Source: Alphaproteobacteria bacterium (lineage in GTDB: Bacteria; Pseudomonadota; Alphaproteobacteria; TMED109). From it: DNA of 64,000 nt. This document shows positions 52,887-63,850 of the stretch, piece after piece (within the stretch, counting starts at the first letter, position 1; every line of letters starts with the position of its first letter). Location: assembly GCA_965206145.1 (NCBI GenBank), contig CBDBIK010000005.1, positions 513,206 to 577,205 of the forward strand, in the 5' to 3' direction. The notes beneath the pieces were generated by a model. That model had not been told where the DNA came from and did no database searches. It worked only from the letters and a program-made list of their open reading frames with translations. Position numbers and translations under genes: made by a program.

Positions 52887-54602
52887 ATGAGTGGCGAAAC
52901 CGGCCTCTTTTCCGATGCCGAGGCTTCTTCTGAGAATGTCCAGGCGCAGTACTTGGTCTTGGCCCGAAAATACCGTCCCACCGTTTTCGAGGATCTGCTC
53001 GGTCAGGACGTGCTGGTGCGCACGCTTACCAATGCCTTCGGGCAGGGCCGCATCGCTCACGCTTTCCTGTTCGTGGGGGTGCGAGGCGTAGGCAAGACAA
53101 CCGCGGCCCGCATCGTTGCTCGGGGCCTCAATTGCATGGCGAGCAGCGGGCCGACGGTGCGCCCCTGCGGGGAGTGCGATTCCTGCAAGGCCGCCCTTGT
53201 CGATCGGCACCTCGACATCCTCGAGATTGATGCCGCCAGTCACACGGGCGTGGACGACGTGCGTGAGATTACCGATGCTGGCCGCTATCGCCCTAGCATG
53301 GGTCGCTACAAGGTCTACATCGTGGACGAGGTTCACATGTTGTCGACCTCGGCGTTCAATGCGTTGCTCAAGACTCTTGAGGAGCCGCCTGAGCACCTCA
53401 TTTTCATCTTTTGCACCACCGAATTTCGCAAAGTACCAGTTACGGTGCTTTCGCGCTGTCAACGTTTCGACCTGCCGCGAATTCCCCACGCGACACTCGT
53501 TGAGCATTACGGCAGAGTCGCAAAGGCCGAAGAAGCGATGGCCGATGATGAGGCACTCGCGATGATTGCCCGTGCGGCCGACGGCTCGGTCCGGGACGGT
53601 CTCTCGATCCTTGACCAGGCGATCAGCTACCAGGCAGGTTCGGTGACGGCGGAAGCGACGCGGGAGATGCTGGGGCTTGCTGACCGTTCCGGAATTCTGG
53701 ACCTGTTTGGGCTACTCATGGTCGGCAAAACAGCCTCCGCGCTTGCCCGCCTGGAGGAGCTTTTTGATGCAGGTGCCGACCCGTTGGTGGTCCTTGAGGA
53801 TTTGCTCGGAGTCGCGCACCGGCTCTCCCGAATCAAGGCGGGTCCGGAGGGGGCGAACGCTCCGAAAATTTCGGATTCGGAAGCTGCGCGGGCAAAGGAA
53901 ATAGCGGAAAAACTTTCTGTACCAACGCTGGGGAGGGCCTGGCAGATGCTTCTCAAAGTGCTCGACGAGGCCCGCCAGGCTCCCGATGCACGCTCGGCCG
54001 CCGAAATGGGGATGATTCGTCTCTGCCATGTCGCTGATCTTCCTGATCCCGCCGCACTCGTTCGTCAACTCGCCGACACTGGCACGAAAACACCAACGAC
54101 CGGGGCAGCATTTGCAGGAACGCCTCCTTCTACCGCTCTTGATGCGCCCGAGCCCGCTCGTCCCCGCGCGGCGGGAGCGCAGGTGGCTGCAGCCACGCAA
54201 GTCGCCTCGCCGGACACGGATATCAAGACGTTCGAGGATCTTTTGGCATATCTGGGCGAGCGCCGTGAGACCGTGCTCCAGCACGCTCTGGAGAACTACA
54301 TTCATCTGGTGGATTTCATGTCGGGGCACATCAAGATCCGGCCTGCCAAAAACGCTCCCAGGGGATTTGTGAATGATCTGTCGTCTCGTCTTCGAGAGAA
54401 GACGGGAATGCGGTGGATCATCTCCATCGTCAAGGAAGGCGGTGCGCCGCCGGTGCGCGAACAGAGGCGACAGGCCGAGGAGAAAAGAAAGCAGGCGTTT
54501 TTGGACGGGTCCAGGTTGGCGACCATGCGCAAGGTGTTTCCTAAGGCACAGCTGAAGGGGATCCGGCCCACGGGGGCGACTCTGAAGGAATTGGATCCGT
54601 GA
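52887..54602 (+). CDS. dnaX: DNA polymerase III subunit gamma/tau
   Basis: Contains ARKYRP..F.DLLGQ...GVRGVGKTT...CGECDSC...VYIVDEVHMLS. Confidence 0.9.
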   Translation: MSGETGLFSDAEASSENVQAQYLVLARKYRPTVFEDLLGQDVLVRTLTNAFGQGRIAHAFLFVGVRGVGKTTAARIVARGLNCMASSGPTVRPCGECDSCKAALVDRHLDILEIDAASHTGVDDVREITDAGRYRPSMGRYKVYIVDEVHMLSTSAFNALLKTLEEPPEHLIFIFCTTEFRKVPVTVLSRCQRFDLPRIPHATLVEHYGRVAKAEEAMADDEALAMIARAADGSVRDGLSILDQAISYQAGSVTAEATREMLGLADRSGILDLFGLLMVGKTASALARLEELFDAGADPLVVLEDLLGVAHRLSRIKAGPEGANAPKISDSEAARAKEIAEKLSVPTLGRAWQMLLKVLDEARQAPDARSAAEMGMIRLCHVADLPDPAALVRQLADTGTKTPTTGAAFAGTPPSTALDAPEPARPRAAGAQVAAATQVASPDTDIKTFEDLLAYLGERRETVLQHALENYIHLVDFMSGHIKIRPAKNAPRGFVNDLSSRLREKTGMRWIISIVKEGGAPPVREQRRQAEEKRKQAFLDGSRLATMRKVFPKAQLKGIRPTGATLKELDP

Positions 54603-54913
54603 ACTTCTCCGAATTGATCAAGACCGCGGGCGATCTGCAAGCTCGCGCCGAGAGGGCGAAGAAGCGACTTTCGGAGATGGAGGTGACGGGAGAGGCCGGT
54701 GGCGGGTTGGTCAAGGTTCGTATGGATGGCTCCGGAAAAGTGAAAAGGGTGAAGATCGATCCCTCGCTCACATCTGATCTCGCGATGATGGAAGATCTCG
54801 TGGTCACGGCGATTTTCAACGCCCAGGGCAAGGCTGAGCAGGTTTCGCAGGACGCGATGCGCGAGGCGTTGGGCGGTCTTTCCCTTCCTCCAGGCGTCAA
54901 GTTTCCTTTCTGA
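54599..54913 (+). CDS. ybaB: YbaB/EbfC-family nucleoid-associated protein
   Basis: 104 aa, contains EVTGEAGGGLVKVRMDGSGKVKRVKIDP. GTGA overlap with dnaX. Confidence 0.85.
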   Translation: MNFSELIKTAGDLQARAERAKKRLSEMEVTGEAGGGLVKVRMDGSGKVKRVKIDPSLTSDLAMMEDLVVTAIFNAQGKAEQVSQDAMREALGGLSLPPGVKFPF

Positions 54914-54920
54914 GGCAGAA

Positions 54921-55574
54921 ATGGCGTCTTCCCCCATAAAAACCTTGGCCGAACGGCTTGCTCGTCTTCCGGGGCTTGGGCCTCGTTCGGCGCGCCGGGT
55001 CGCACTCCATCTCCTGAAGCGCAGAACAACCGAACTTCCCGCCGTTATCGAAGCACTCAGAACGGCGGCCGAAAGCGTGTGCTTGTGCAGCCAGTGCAAC
55101 AGCCTCGACACGACGGATCCGTGCGGCATCTGTACTGATCCCGACCGGGGAACGAGGGAGATTTGCGTCGTCGAGGACGTGGCCGATGTCTGGGCCCTTG
55201 AGCGGGCCAGTGAATTTTCGGGTCGCTACCACGTGCTGGGCGGGACGCTGAGCGCGATCGATGGCGTTGGTCCCGATGACTTGACGATTCCCTCGCTGGT
55301 GTCGCGCGTCACTGGCGATGGCGTACGCGAAGTGATTCTCGCCCTGCCGACGACGGTCGAAGGGCAGACCACGGCTCACTATGTCGCGGAGCGTCTGGCC
55401 GATGCGAAAGTCGCGATCACGCGGCTTGCACAAGGAGTCCCCTTCGGGGGAGAGCTTGATTATCTGGACGAGGGAACGCTGGGAGCCGCGATCCGTGCGC
55501 GTCGTGGCATCGAAGACGACTTGATCCCTCCTTTAACCCTTTCTATGCCCGAAAGTTCGGAGGACCGGGATTAA
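54921..55574 (+). CDS. recR: recombination protein RecR
   Basis: Contains LPGLGPRSARRVALHLL. Cys4 motif is CSQCNSL...CGIC. Toprim region present. Confidence 0.9.
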   Translation: MASSPIKTLAERLARLPGLGPRSARRVALHLLKRRTTELPAVIEALRTAAESVCLCSQCNSLDTTDPCGICTDPDRGTREICVVEDVADVWALERASEFSGRYHVLGGTLSAIDGVGPDDLTIPSLVSRVTGDGVREVILALPTTVEGQTTAHYVAERLADAKVAITRLAQGVPFGGELDYLDEGTLGAAIRARRGIEDDLIPPLTLSMPESSEDRD

Positions 55575-55653
55575 CACTTCTTCCTCCCGGTCTGGATCCG
55601 GTCTTCTGAGAGTTCTTTCCGGGGAGACGGTTTCGCCACCGCCGATCTGGCTC

Positions 55654-56622
55654 ATGCGTCAGGCGGGCCGCTACCTTCCGGAATTTCGGGATCTTCGGAA
55701 ACGGACGGGATCATTTCTTGATTTGTGCGGCAACCCGGAAGCCTCCGCCGAGGCGACCTTGCAGCCGCTCAAGCGTTTCCCGCTTGATGCGGCAATCGTG
55801 TTCTCCGACATCCTTGTCGTCTTGCAAGCGTTGGGGCTTCCGGTCGACTTTGTGGAGGGGAGCGGGCCGGTGGTGGGACGACTTTCAGGGCCGAATGCGA
55901 TCCGGGGATTGCCAAGGGACATTGATGAAATCCCCCTTGAACCGGTCAGGCGGACGCTTGCCATGGTGCGCGCAGAATTGCCAGCATCGGTTGCCGTTCT
56001 TGGCTTCGCAGGTGCCCCGTGGACGCTCGCTGCCTATGCGGTCGAGGGCGGGACGAGCAGAAACTTCCGACGGGTTCTGGATCTCGCTAGCACTGATGAG
56101 GACGCTTTTTCTTTTCTCATTGGGCGTCTTGCGGTCGTAGTGGCGGACCATCTTCTTGCTCAGCTCGAGGCAGGAGCCGATGCGGTGCAAATCTTCGACA
56201 GCCATGCGGGTGTTTTGGACGACGAGGGTTTCCGTCGCTGGTCGGTTGCGCCGGTGCGGGCGGTGGTGGAACGGGTACGGGCACGATGTCCCGATGCTCG
56301 AATCATCGGCTTTCCGCGTGGTGCGGGCGCCGGCTACAAAATGTTTTCTCTCGAAACGGGGGTGAGCGCAGTCTCGGTGGATCAGCATATTGCACCGGAC
56401 AAGATCGCCGAGAATCTCCAGAAACACCTTCCCGTGCAGGGCAATCTTGATCCCGCTCGACTAGTGGAGGGGGGCGAGATTATGCGGAATGCCGTGCAGG
56501 AAATCGTGACGTCTTTGGGCAAGGGATCGTTGATATTCAATCTTGGCCACGGTGTTGTGCCTGAGACACCGCCGGAACATGTCTCCGAACTTGTCGATCT
56601 GGTACACGGAATCAGTGGATGA
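55654..56622 (+). CDS. hemE: uroporphyrinogen decarboxylase (ATG-defined minimal ORF; conserved N-terminus continues upstream without a canonical start)
   Basis: MRQAGRYLPEF... is the typical HemE sequence. The in-frame upstream sequence LLRVLSGETVSPPPIWL also looks like HemE. Confidence 0.85.
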   Translation: MRQAGRYLPEFRDLRKRTGSFLDLCGNPEASAEATLQPLKRFPLDAAIVFSDILVVLQALGLPVDFVEGSGPVVGRLSGPNAIRGLPRDIDEIPLEPVRRTLAMVRAELPASVAVLGFAGAPWTLAAYAVEGGTSRNFRRVLDLASTDEDAFSFLIGRLAVVVADHLLAQLEAGADAVQIFDSHAGVLDDEGFRRWSVAPVRAVVERVRARCPDARIIGFPRGAGAGYKMFSLETGVSAVSVDQHIAPDKIAENLQKHLPVQGNLDPARLVEGGEIMRNAVQEIVTSLGKGSLIFNLGHGVVPETPPEHVSELVDLVHGISG

Positions 56623-57635
56623 GACGCGCCGTCGTTCTTTTCAATCTTGGCGGCCCGGATAACCCGGATGCGATCCGCCCGTTTCTCGAAAACCTTTTTG
56701 GCGATCCTGCGATTCTTCGGATTCCCCGTTTTCTTCGAGGGCTCCTTGCCCGCTTGATCGCACGGAAAAGGACACCGAAAGCGATGAAAATTTATGCCCG
56801 TTTAGGCGGTGCTTCGCCGCTTCTTCCCCAGACCAAAAGTCAGGCGGCGGCGCTTGAGACGGAACTCAGTCGCGATGAGGGCACAGAGACGAAGGTGTTC
56901 GTTGCCATGCGCCACTGGCACCCGCGTGCATCCGAAGTTGTCCGGGCCGTAAAGGCGTTCGGCCCCGACGAGACGGTTCTTGTCCCGCTTTCCCCACAGT
57001 TCTCTACCACCACGGCCGGTTCCTGGATCGCCGACTGGCGAATTGCCGCCCACGTGGAGGGGCTTTCCTGTGTTGAGAGGGCAGTGTGTTGCCATTTTCT
57101 AGATGAGAATTTCGTAAAGGCGCATGCCGACATGATTCGCAAAACGTGTCAGGCCTCCGAGAGGCCGGTTCGCATCCTTTTTTCCGCGCACGGCCTCCCC
57201 CAGAAGATCGTCGAGGCGGGCGATCCGTATCAGTCGCATGTGGAGAGGACGGTCGCTGCGGTTGTGCGCAAACTTGACGATAAAACTTGCGATCACGTTA
57301 TCTGCTACCAATCTCGCGTGGGACCCCTGCGCTGGCTTGGGCCATCGACGCTGGATGCGGTCGAAGAGGCTGGCAACGAGGGTGTCAGCGTGGTGGTGGT
57401 GCCGATTTCGTTCGTTTCCGAGCACGTAGAGACGTTGGTGGAACTTGATGAAGAGGTGCGCGAGGCAGCACTTAGAGCAGGTGTTCCTAGTTATGCACGC
57501 GTGCCCGCTCTGGGGGTTCACCCGCTCTATATTCGCGCGCTCGCAGGCCTGGTGAAGGGTGCGGTTGCAGGCACGGGTCCCCCAGGCGGGAAGAGGCTCT
57601 GTTCTCATAAATTCCGGGACTGCCCTGTTTCATGA
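56619..57635 (+). CDS. hemH: ferrochelatase
   Basis: Contains VVLFNLGGPD...IRPFLENLF...FSAHGLP...ISFVSEHVETL. Confidence 0.9.
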   Translation: MRRAVVLFNLGGPDNPDAIRPFLENLFGDPAILRIPRFLRGLLARLIARKRTPKAMKIYARLGGASPLLPQTKSQAAALETELSRDEGTETKVFVAMRHWHPRASEVVRAVKAFGPDETVLVPLSPQFSTTTAGSWIADWRIAAHVEGLSCVERAVCCHFLDENFVKAHADMIRKTCQASERPVRILFSAHGLPQKIVEAGDPYQSHVERTVAAVVRKLDDKTCDHVICYQSRVGPLRWLGPSTLDAVEEAGNEGVSVVVVPISFVSEHVETLVELDEEVREAALRAGVPSYARVPALGVHPLYIRALAGLVKGAVAGTGPPGGKRLCSHKFRDCPVS

Positions 57636-58075
57636 GTGGCGACGTGTTTCTCTGGGTGAAGGTCTTCCACGTATTTGCGGCGATTGCTTGGATGGCCGGA
57701 CTTTTCTATCTGCCCCGGCTTTTCGTCTATCACGCCTCTTCGACTCCGGGCAGCGAGCAATCCGAAACGTTTAAGCTCATGGAGCTTCGTCTTGCGCGGG
57801 CAATCATGCTGCCGGCAGTGGTCGTGACTTGGATTTTTGGCCTGGTGCTGGTTTTTTACCCCGACAGCTCCGTGTATCCCATCGAGGGATGGTTTGCCCT
57901 TAAAGGTGCAGCAGTGGTTGCATTGACCCTCTACCACGTGTTCTTGGAGAGGACACTTGGCCTGTTTGTCGCGGGTCGCAATGTGCGTTCTCCCCGGTAT
58001 TGGAAGATTGTCAACGAAGTTCCGACACTCCTTCTTCTTGTGGTTCTCGTCGCAGTCATCGTTCGACCGTTCTGA
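57632..58075 (+). CDS. hemJ: protoporphyrinogen oxidase HemJ-type membrane protein
   Basis: Contains WVKVFHVFAAIAWMAGLFYLPRLFVYH. About 147 aa with 4 TM segments. ATGA overlap with hemH. Confidence 0.75.
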   Translation: MSGDVFLWVKVFHVFAAIAWMAGLFYLPRLFVYHASSTPGSEQSETFKLMELRLARAIMLPAVVVTWIFGLVLVFYPDSSVYPIEGWFALKGAAVVALTLYHVFLERTLGLFVAGRNVRSPRYWKIVNEVPTLLLLVVLVAVIVRPF

Positions 58076-58279
58076 ACAACAACCGGGCCGGTTGACTCGG
58101 GTTTCGGGCCGGACTAGCGTTGGGGGAAGCGGTGCCCTTCCCCACGGGGCGAGGTGTTGGCCCGGTTACGGGTTTTTGCTGCGAACTTTCGAGGACATTC
58201 CGGCGAGCTTGGCTGTGTTACGGCCGGGAGATGCCCGGGGAACGTTCCCCGCATATTTTCAATTCACGGACCCGAGGCC

Positions 58280-59536
58280 ATGCACCTCCAGGAACTCAAG
58301 CAAAAATCCCCCGCCGATTTACTGGCCTTAGCCGAGGAAGAAGGCGTTGAGAACGCTGGTAGCCTTCGTAAGCAGGACATCATGTACGCGGTCCTGCGCT
58401 CCCTTGCCGATAAGGATGTTCCCATTTCCGGCGGCGGGGTCATCGAAGTGGCGCAGGACGGTTTCGGCTTTTTACGCTCGCCGGAATCGAACTACCTTCC
58501 CGGTTCCGACGATATTTATGTCTCACCTGCACAGATCAAGCGTCTGGGCCTACGCACCGGCGACACGGTGGAAGGTGAGGTTAGCCAACCCGAGGAAGAT
58601 GAGCGCTATTTCTCGCTTCTCAAGCCGGGACTGGTCAATTTCAAGAAACCTGATGAGGCACGTCATAGGGTTAATTTCGACAATCTTACGCCGCTCTACC
58701 CCGACCAGCAGATCCGCCTTGAGGGCGAGAATGACGAGCGTGGGGACAAATCGTGTCGGGTGATCGAGCTGGTTGCCCCCTTGGGTAAGGGTCAGCGTGG
58801 CCTTATCGTTGCCCCGCCCCGCACGGGCAAGACCGTCATCCTTCAGAACATTGCCCATTCGATCGAGGCGAACCATCCTGAAATCTTCCTGATCGTCCTT
58901 CTCATCGATGAACGCCCCGAGGAGGTCACCGACATGCGCCGCTCGGTCAAGGGCGAAGTGATCAGTTCCACGTTCGATGAACCGGCGACGCGGCACGTTC
59001 AGGTGACGGAAATGGTGAGCCGCAAGGCGAAGCGGCTCGTCGAGCAGGGTATGGACGTGGTGATCCTTCTGGATTCGATCACCCGGCTTGCACGTGCCTA
59101 CAACACGGTCGTCCCTAGCTCAGGCAAGGTGCTGACCGGTGGCGTTGACTCCAACGCGCTTCAGCGTCCGAAGCGTTTCTTCGGCGCGGCGCGGAACATC
59201 GAAGCAGGTGGATCGCTCACGATCATTGCGACCGCACTCATTGAGACAGGGTCCAGGATGGATGAGGTAATTTTCGAGGAATTCAAGGGAACTGGAAACT
59301 CGGAGATTGTTCTCGACCGCAAGTTGGCCGACAAGCGGGTATTCCCCGCCATCGACATCCCGAAATCGGGCACGCGCAAGGAAGAGCTTCTGGTCGACAA
59401 GGACGAGCTCTCGAAAATGTGGGTTCTACGCCGAATTCTCTCACCCATGGGAGCATCGGATGCGATGGAATTCCTGCTCGAAAAACTCCGCTCGACAAAG
59501 AATAACAACGAATTTTTTGGCAGTATGAACCAGTAG
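58280..59536 (+). CDS. rho: transcription termination factor Rho
   Basis: ATG at 58280 ([20 protein letters not shown]...). Walker A is [11 protein letters not shown]-binding domain contains GFGFLR. Confidence 0.95.
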   Translation: MHLQELKQKSPADLLALAEEEGVENAGSLRKQDIMYAVLRSLADKDVPISGGGVIEVAQDGFGFLRSPESNYLPGSDDIYVSPAQIKRLGLRTGDTVEGEVSQPEEDERYFSLLKPGLVNFKKPDEARHRVNFDNLTPLYPDQQIRLEGENDERGDKSCRVIELVAPLGKGQRGLIVAPPRTGKTVILQNIAHSIEANHPEIFLIVLLIDERPEEVTDMRRSVKGEVISSTFDEPATRHVQVTEMVSRKAKRLVEQGMDVVILLDSITRLARAYNTVVPSSGKVLTGGVDSNALQRPKRFFGAARNIEAGGSLTIIATALIETGSRMDEVIFEEFKGTGNSEIVLDRKLADKRVFPAIDIPKSGTRKEELLVDKDELSKMWVLRRILSPMGASDAMEFLLEKLRSTKNNNEFFGSMNQ

Positions 59537-59543
59537 AAAACCT

Positions 59544-59558
59544 CCTCCAAAGTGGAGG
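59544..59558. terminator. small hairpin CCTCCA-AAG-TGGAGG between convergent rho and the oxidoreductase gene (weak intrinsic terminator candidate)
   Basis: Read directly. Followed by CTTTGCATT on the plus strand and preceded by an A-rich run, which is T-rich on the minus strand. Confidence 0.35.
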
Positions 59559-59570
59559 CTTTGCATTGGG

Positions 59571-60548
59571 CTACGGCTGGAAGATGATCGAGCCGGTTGT
59601 TTTCCTTGCCTCGAGATCGCGGTGTGCCTGCCCGGCTTCCGAGAGCGGATAGCGATGGTTGATCTCGATCTTCACCTTCCCGGATCCGACCATCCCGAAA
59701 AGTGCATTGGCGCTGTCCACGAGATCCTGACGAGCAGCGGTGTAGGTCATGAGCGTGGGGCGCGTTAAATAATAGGAGCCCTTGGCAAGGATGCCGGGAT
59801 CGATCGGGCTAACCCCTCCTGAGGATTGCCCGAAAAGTGCGACCGTACCATGCATGGCAAGACACTCGATCGATTTTTCGAAGGTGGATTTGCCGACACT
59901 GTCGTATACGACAGGGACACCCTTACCGTCGGTGATTTCCATCACGCGATCCACCCAATTGTCTGAGGTGTAAAGAATCGGGTGGTGGCAGCCGTGCGCC
60001 TTGGCGAGGTCGGCCTTCTCCTCAGTTCCGACGGTGCCAATCACGGTTGCACCGATGGCGTTGAGCCATTGACAGGCGATGAGACCCACACCTCCGGCGG
60101 CGGCATGGAAAAGCACGGTCATACCGGGTTCGACCTTGAAAGTGCGCTGGACGAGGTACTCGACCGTCATGCCCTTGAGCATCATTGCGGCCGCTTCCTC
60201 GTCGCTCACCGAATCGGGAACCTTGACCACGCGGCCCACGGGCATGCGGCGAGCCTGGCTGTAGGCACCAACAGGAGGTGCAGCGTAGGCAATGCGATCA
60301 CCCTTCTTCACCTCCGCGACGCCATCAGAGACGTCTTCGACGACACCTGCCCCTTCAAGCCCGATCGGGCAAGGCAGGTCCGGAAGAGGGTACATGCCGG
60401 AACGCATGTAGGTGTCGATGTAGTTTAAGCCTACTGCCGTGTGGCGGACAAGGATTTCTCCTTCCTTGAGATCGCCAATGGGAGATTCCTCCCATTTCAA
60501 AACTTCAGGTCCTCCTGTTTCGTGCATCCGCACGGCCATGTTTGTCAT
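59571..60548 (-). CDS. NADPH:quinone oxidoreductase (zinc-type ADH superfamily)
   Basis: ATG at 60548 preceded by GGAGGA (MTNMAVRMHETGGPEVL...). Contains AAAGGVG. Confidence 0.85.
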   Translation of the reverse strand: MTNMAVRMHETGGPEVLKWEESPIGDLKEGEILVRHTAVGLNYIDTYMRSGMYPLPDLPCPIGLEGAGVVEDVSDGVAEVKKGDRIAYAAPPVGAYSQARRMPVGRVVKVPDSVSDEEAAAMMLKGMTVEYLVQRTFKVEPGMTVLFHAAAGGVGLIACQWLNAIGATVIGTVGTEEKADLAKAHGCHHPILYTSDNWVDRVMEITDGKGVPVVYDSVGKSTFEKSIECLAMHGTVALFGQSSGGVSPIDPGILAKGSYYLTRPTLMTYTAARQDLVDSANALFGMVGSGKVKIEINHRYPLSEAGQAHRDLEARKTTGSIIFQP

Positions 60549-61294
60549 GATTCTTCCTCCGTTTGGGGGATAGCGTTGGGTGGTGGATTGGGGAGGAGAT
60601 AGCGGGAGAGATGCGTAAGTGTGAGCTTCTCGGCCGCCAGTGCTGCCTCTTGGTTGAAATGTTCGCCGCCGGGTCGAGCAAACGCGTGCTCGCAAGCCGG
60701 GTAATCGGCGATTTCTACCCTGGCGTGGCCATCGAGTGTCTCGCGGATGACCTTCTGCGCCTCGGGCGGGCAGAATTTGTCCTGGCCTGCGACATGCAAC
60801 AGCAGGGGCCCGCGAATGGCCCGAGCCTGATCGAGGGCATCCTCGATCCCGACGCCGTAGTAACCGACAGCGCATTCGATATCGAGATGACAGGCGGCGA
60901 GATAAGAAAGTTTTCCGCCGAGACAGAAGCCCAGCGTGGAAGAGGTTCCGGTGCACTCGTCACGCTCCCGGAGCCAGCGAAGCGTGATGGCGATGTCCTC
61001 AAGGCCCTTGTTCTCGTCGAAGCCCTCGTAGAGTTCGAAGGCTCGGGACATTTCTTCCTTGGTTGTGTCGGTGATCTCGACGGCGGGCTCCTGTCGCCAG
61101 AAAAGGTCGGGGATCGCTACCGCGAACCCGAACGAACAAAGCCGCTCGGCAATGGCGCGCATCGCCGGGTTGATTCCAAAAATTTCCTGGATGACCACGA
61201 CCCCCGGTGACACTTTGCCAGGCGGTGCGGTGAAGTAGACGAGAAACGGATCGCCCTCGCGTGAGGGAATCTCGAAATAGTGGGAGGGCATCAA
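60545..61294 (-). CDS. dienelactone hydrolase family protein
   Basis: Contains VVVIQEIFGIN...GFCLGG.... ATGA overlap with the downstream oxidoreductase gene. Confidence 0.8.
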   Translation of the reverse strand: MMPSHYFEIPSREGDPFLVYFTAPPGKVSPGVVVIQEIFGINPAMRAIAERLCSFGFAVAIPDLFWRQEPAVEITDTTKEEMSRAFELYEGFDENKGLEDIAITLRWLRERDECTGTSSTLGFCLGGKLSYLAACHLDIECAVGYYGVGIEDALDQARAIRGPLLLHVAGQDKFCPPEAQKVIRETLDGHARVEIADYPACEHAFARPGGEHFNQEAALAAEKLTLTHLSRYLLPNPPPNAIPQTEEES

Positions 61295-61320
61295 TCGCTC
61301 CGGGAGTGCCGGTTCGCACC

Positions 61321-63363
61321 CTAGCTGAGAATCGAACCGTTTTCCAAGGTTTTCGCAAGTTCCGAGGTGTGAGGATTTGCGAGTAGCCTACGGAGTTGCT
61401 CGGGCTCGTGCACCGGTAGGGAGCAAGATCTTTCCCGGCACACATAGGCTTGCGCACCTTTTGCTTTTTCGTTGTGTGGTGAGAGAGGAAACGTTTCCCC
61501 TTCCTCAAGAATCCGAATGACACATCCGATTGGAGAGTCCATGCGAGCCGTGCGGGCAAGGGTGCGTGCACCGTCTCCGTCACCACCCGGCACAATCGCC
61601 ACCTGCACGGCACTGCGCAAGGTATCGGCGGCTGATAGCACGGAGGGAAAGGCGATGGGCGCTCGCCGGACAGCTCCCATGAAGGAACCAATAATGTGCT
61701 CAGCAGATTCACGCCAACGGTCCTCGCCAGTGAGAAGCCACAGCCGAGCTTGTACCTCGGCCGCCACTCCGCCACCGGCGGGAGTGGCGTCGTCCGTGCC
61801 CGCACGGGAGCGGGCCACCAACGCTTCGCCATCATCGGCGGTACGCCAGTAGCCTCCGTCGCCGGTGGAAAAGTGTTTATCGAGAATCTCCATCCATTCG
61901 ATGGCATGGTCGAGGGTTCCCGCGGTGCGGCCGGCGTCATGGAGGGCAAGGCTTGCATCCGCCATGAAAACATAATCGTCGAGCATTCCCTTGTGGCGGG
62001 CCCGTCCGTCGCGCCAGGAATGGAAGAAGCGCCCGCCCTCTGTCATTTTCGAGACGATGAACCAGAAAGCTTGCTCCGCTGCGTCCACCCAGTTTTCTTC
62101 ATCGCAGCTGCCTCCTGCCTCGGCGAGTGCCGCGATGGCAAGGCCGTTCCAGTCGGCGAGCACTTTGTCATCGAATCCGGGGCGGACACGCGCGTCCCTT
62201 CGGGAGAGCAGTACATCCCGGAGTGGACGGAGACGGGCATCTTCCTTTTTGTCAAAAGGGGCGGCATCAAGGCGGTTGGGGATGTTGCTCCCTTCCCAGT
62301 TTCCCTGCTCGGAAATTCCGTACGCTTCTCGGAAAACTCCTGCGTCCGTTCCCAGGGTCTCGTCGATCTGGTCCGCAGACCACACGTAATAACGCCCCTC
62401 TGTACCTTCGCTGTCGGCGTCAAGAGAGCTTGCGAAGCCGCCTCCATCCATGCGCATCTCGCGCAGCATCCAAGAGATGGTCTCGTCCATTCGCGCCCGG
62501 TATAGCGGCTCAGGTTCGCTTCTCCAGACACGCGCAAGCAGGCGCACGTACTGGGCATTGTCGTAAAGCATTTTTTCGAAATGCGGGACGAGCCAGCGAT
62601 CATCCACCGAGTAACGCGCGATACCGCCGCCGATGTGGTCGTAAATCCCCCCTTCGGACATGCCATTAAGCGTGGCGATGACGCGCTCGGATGCAGGACC
62701 TGCATCTGAGCGGCCCTTCCGTCGCCAGAGAAAATCAAGAGACGGGCAGTTCGGGAATTTCGGCGCACCGAAGAAACCTCCCCGAGTGGGATCAATCGCC
62801 TCACCGATGCGCGTAGCGGCCGCGTCGAGGAATTCCTGATCGGGAGCTTCGCCCGGCTGTGCAGCGCCGAGTCCGCTCAGGCTCTTTTCGATTGCCTCGG
62901 CGTTGGCGCGAATCCGCGCCGGATCGGAAAAAAAGGTATCGCTGACCGCTCTCAGGACATCGGGAAAGCCTGGGTGTCCGTGCCGCGTTTCAGGCGGGAA
63001 ATAGGTGCCGCCCCAGAAGGGTTTGCGGTTAGGATCGAGGAACATGGTGAGTGGCCAGCCACCGTGCTGGCCAAGCGAATGGAGCGAAGACATGTAGACG
63101 TGATCCACGTCGGGACGCTCCTCACGGTCAACCTTGATGTTGACGAAGAGCCGGTTCATGAGTTCGGCGGTCTCAGGGTTTTCGAAGGATTCGTGTGCCA
63201 TCACGTGGCACCAATGGCAGGCGGCGTAGCCGATGGAGAGAAGGACGGGCTTTCTTTCCCGGGCAGCCACTTCGAAGGCCTCGTCGCACCAGGGCCACCA
63301 ATGGACGGGGTTGTCCTTGTGCTGGAGGAGATAGGGACTTGTCTCGTCGCCGAGGCGGTTCAT
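61321..63363 (-). CDS. thioredoxin-domain protein (DUF255/YyaL-like, N-acylglucosamine-epimerase-like C-terminus)
   Basis: ATG at 63363 ([25 protein letters not shown]...[12 protein letters not shown]). The longer ORF 61321..63921 is an over-extension. Confidence 0.8.
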   Translation of the reverse strand: MNRLGDETSPYLLQHKDNPVHWWPWCDEAFEVAARERKPVLLSIGYAACHWCHVMAHESFENPETAELMNRLFVNIKVDREERPDVDHVYMSSLHSLGQHGGWPLTMFLDPNRKPFWGGTYFPPETRHGHPGFPDVLRAVSDTFFSDPARIRANAEAIEKSLSGLGAAQPGEAPDQEFLDAAATRIGEAIDPTRGGFFGAPKFPNCPSLDFLWRRKGRSDAGPASERVIATLNGMSEGGIYDHIGGGIARYSVDDRWLVPHFEKMLYDNAQYVRLLARVWRSEPEPLYRARMDETISWMLREMRMDGGGFASSLDADSEGTEGRYYVWSADQIDETLGTDAGVFREAYGISEQGNWEGSNIPNRLDAAPFDKKEDARLRPLRDVLLSRRDARVRPGFDDKVLADWNGLAIAALAEAGGSCDEENWVDAAEQAFWFIVSKMTEGGRFFHSWRDGRARHKGMLDDYVFMADASLALHDAGRTAGTLDHAIEWMEILDKHFSTGDGGYWRTADDGEALVARSRAGTDDATPAGGGVAAEVQARLWLLTGEDRWRESAEHIIGSFMGAVRRAPIAFPSVLSAADTLRSAVQVAIVPGGDGDGARTLARTARMDSPIGCVIRILEEGETFPLSPHNEKAKGAQAYVCRERSCSLPVHEPEQLRRLLANPHTSELAKTLENGSILS

Positions 63364-63501
63364 GCGGGTCTCCAGAAGGTTTCCGGGTTTTGCAGCTCGG
63401 CTTTTATTATGGAGTAGGAGGTGTGCAGCCGTTCGGCTTTCCCGGAATTCGCTCCGAGCGGGTATAAGACGAACCGGTGAGTCACGCCCCTGGGATGGAT
63501 C

Positions 63502-63840
63502 GTGGAGAAGGCGAGGATGCAACCCTACTATCGCGCGCACGTGTTTTGCTGCACCAACATTCGAACACCTGGACACGAACGCGGGTGTTGTCACGACCGC
63601 GAAGGTGCCAGACTGCGCAACTACATGAAGGCGCGGGCGAAGGAAATGAAGCTTGGCGACGTGCGTATAAATGCCTCCGGGTGTCTTGACCGGTGTGAGC
63701 TGGGCCCGGTGATGGTCGTCTATCCTGATGCCATCTGGTACTCGTGCCGAACGACAAAAGACGTGGATGAGGTTCTCGAATCGCATGTGAAGAACGGCAA
63801 GCCAGTGGAAAGACTGTTTCTTCCGCCCCGTGAGGGCTAG
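63502..63840 (+). CDS. thioredoxin-like [2Fe-2S] ferredoxin
   Basis: Contains HVFCCTN...GCC...[18 protein letters not shown]. Confidence 0.7.
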   Translation: MEKARMQPYYRAHVFCCTNIRTPGHERGCCHDREGARLRNYMKARAKEMKLGDVRINASGCLDRCELGPVMVVYPDAIWYSCRTTKDVDEVLESHVKNGKPVERLFLPPREG

Positions 63841-63850
63841 GAATAGGCCC

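Noticed and set aside
52887-54602. Programmed frameshift in dnaX (gamma subunit), as in E. coli
   Set aside because: I saw no A_AAA_AAG-type slippery heptamer in the appropriate region of the gene. The closest A-rich run, near 54480 (GAG AAA AGA AAG), is not a slippery pattern.
55575-58279. Chromosomal replication origin near hemE/rho/mnmE, a typical ori-proximal neighbourhood in Alphaproteobacteria
   Set aside because: The intergenic regions here are short (recR-hemE under 80 bp, hemJ-rho about 200 bp). By eye they contain no cluster of DnaA boxes (TTATCCACA-like) and no AT-rich unwinding element.
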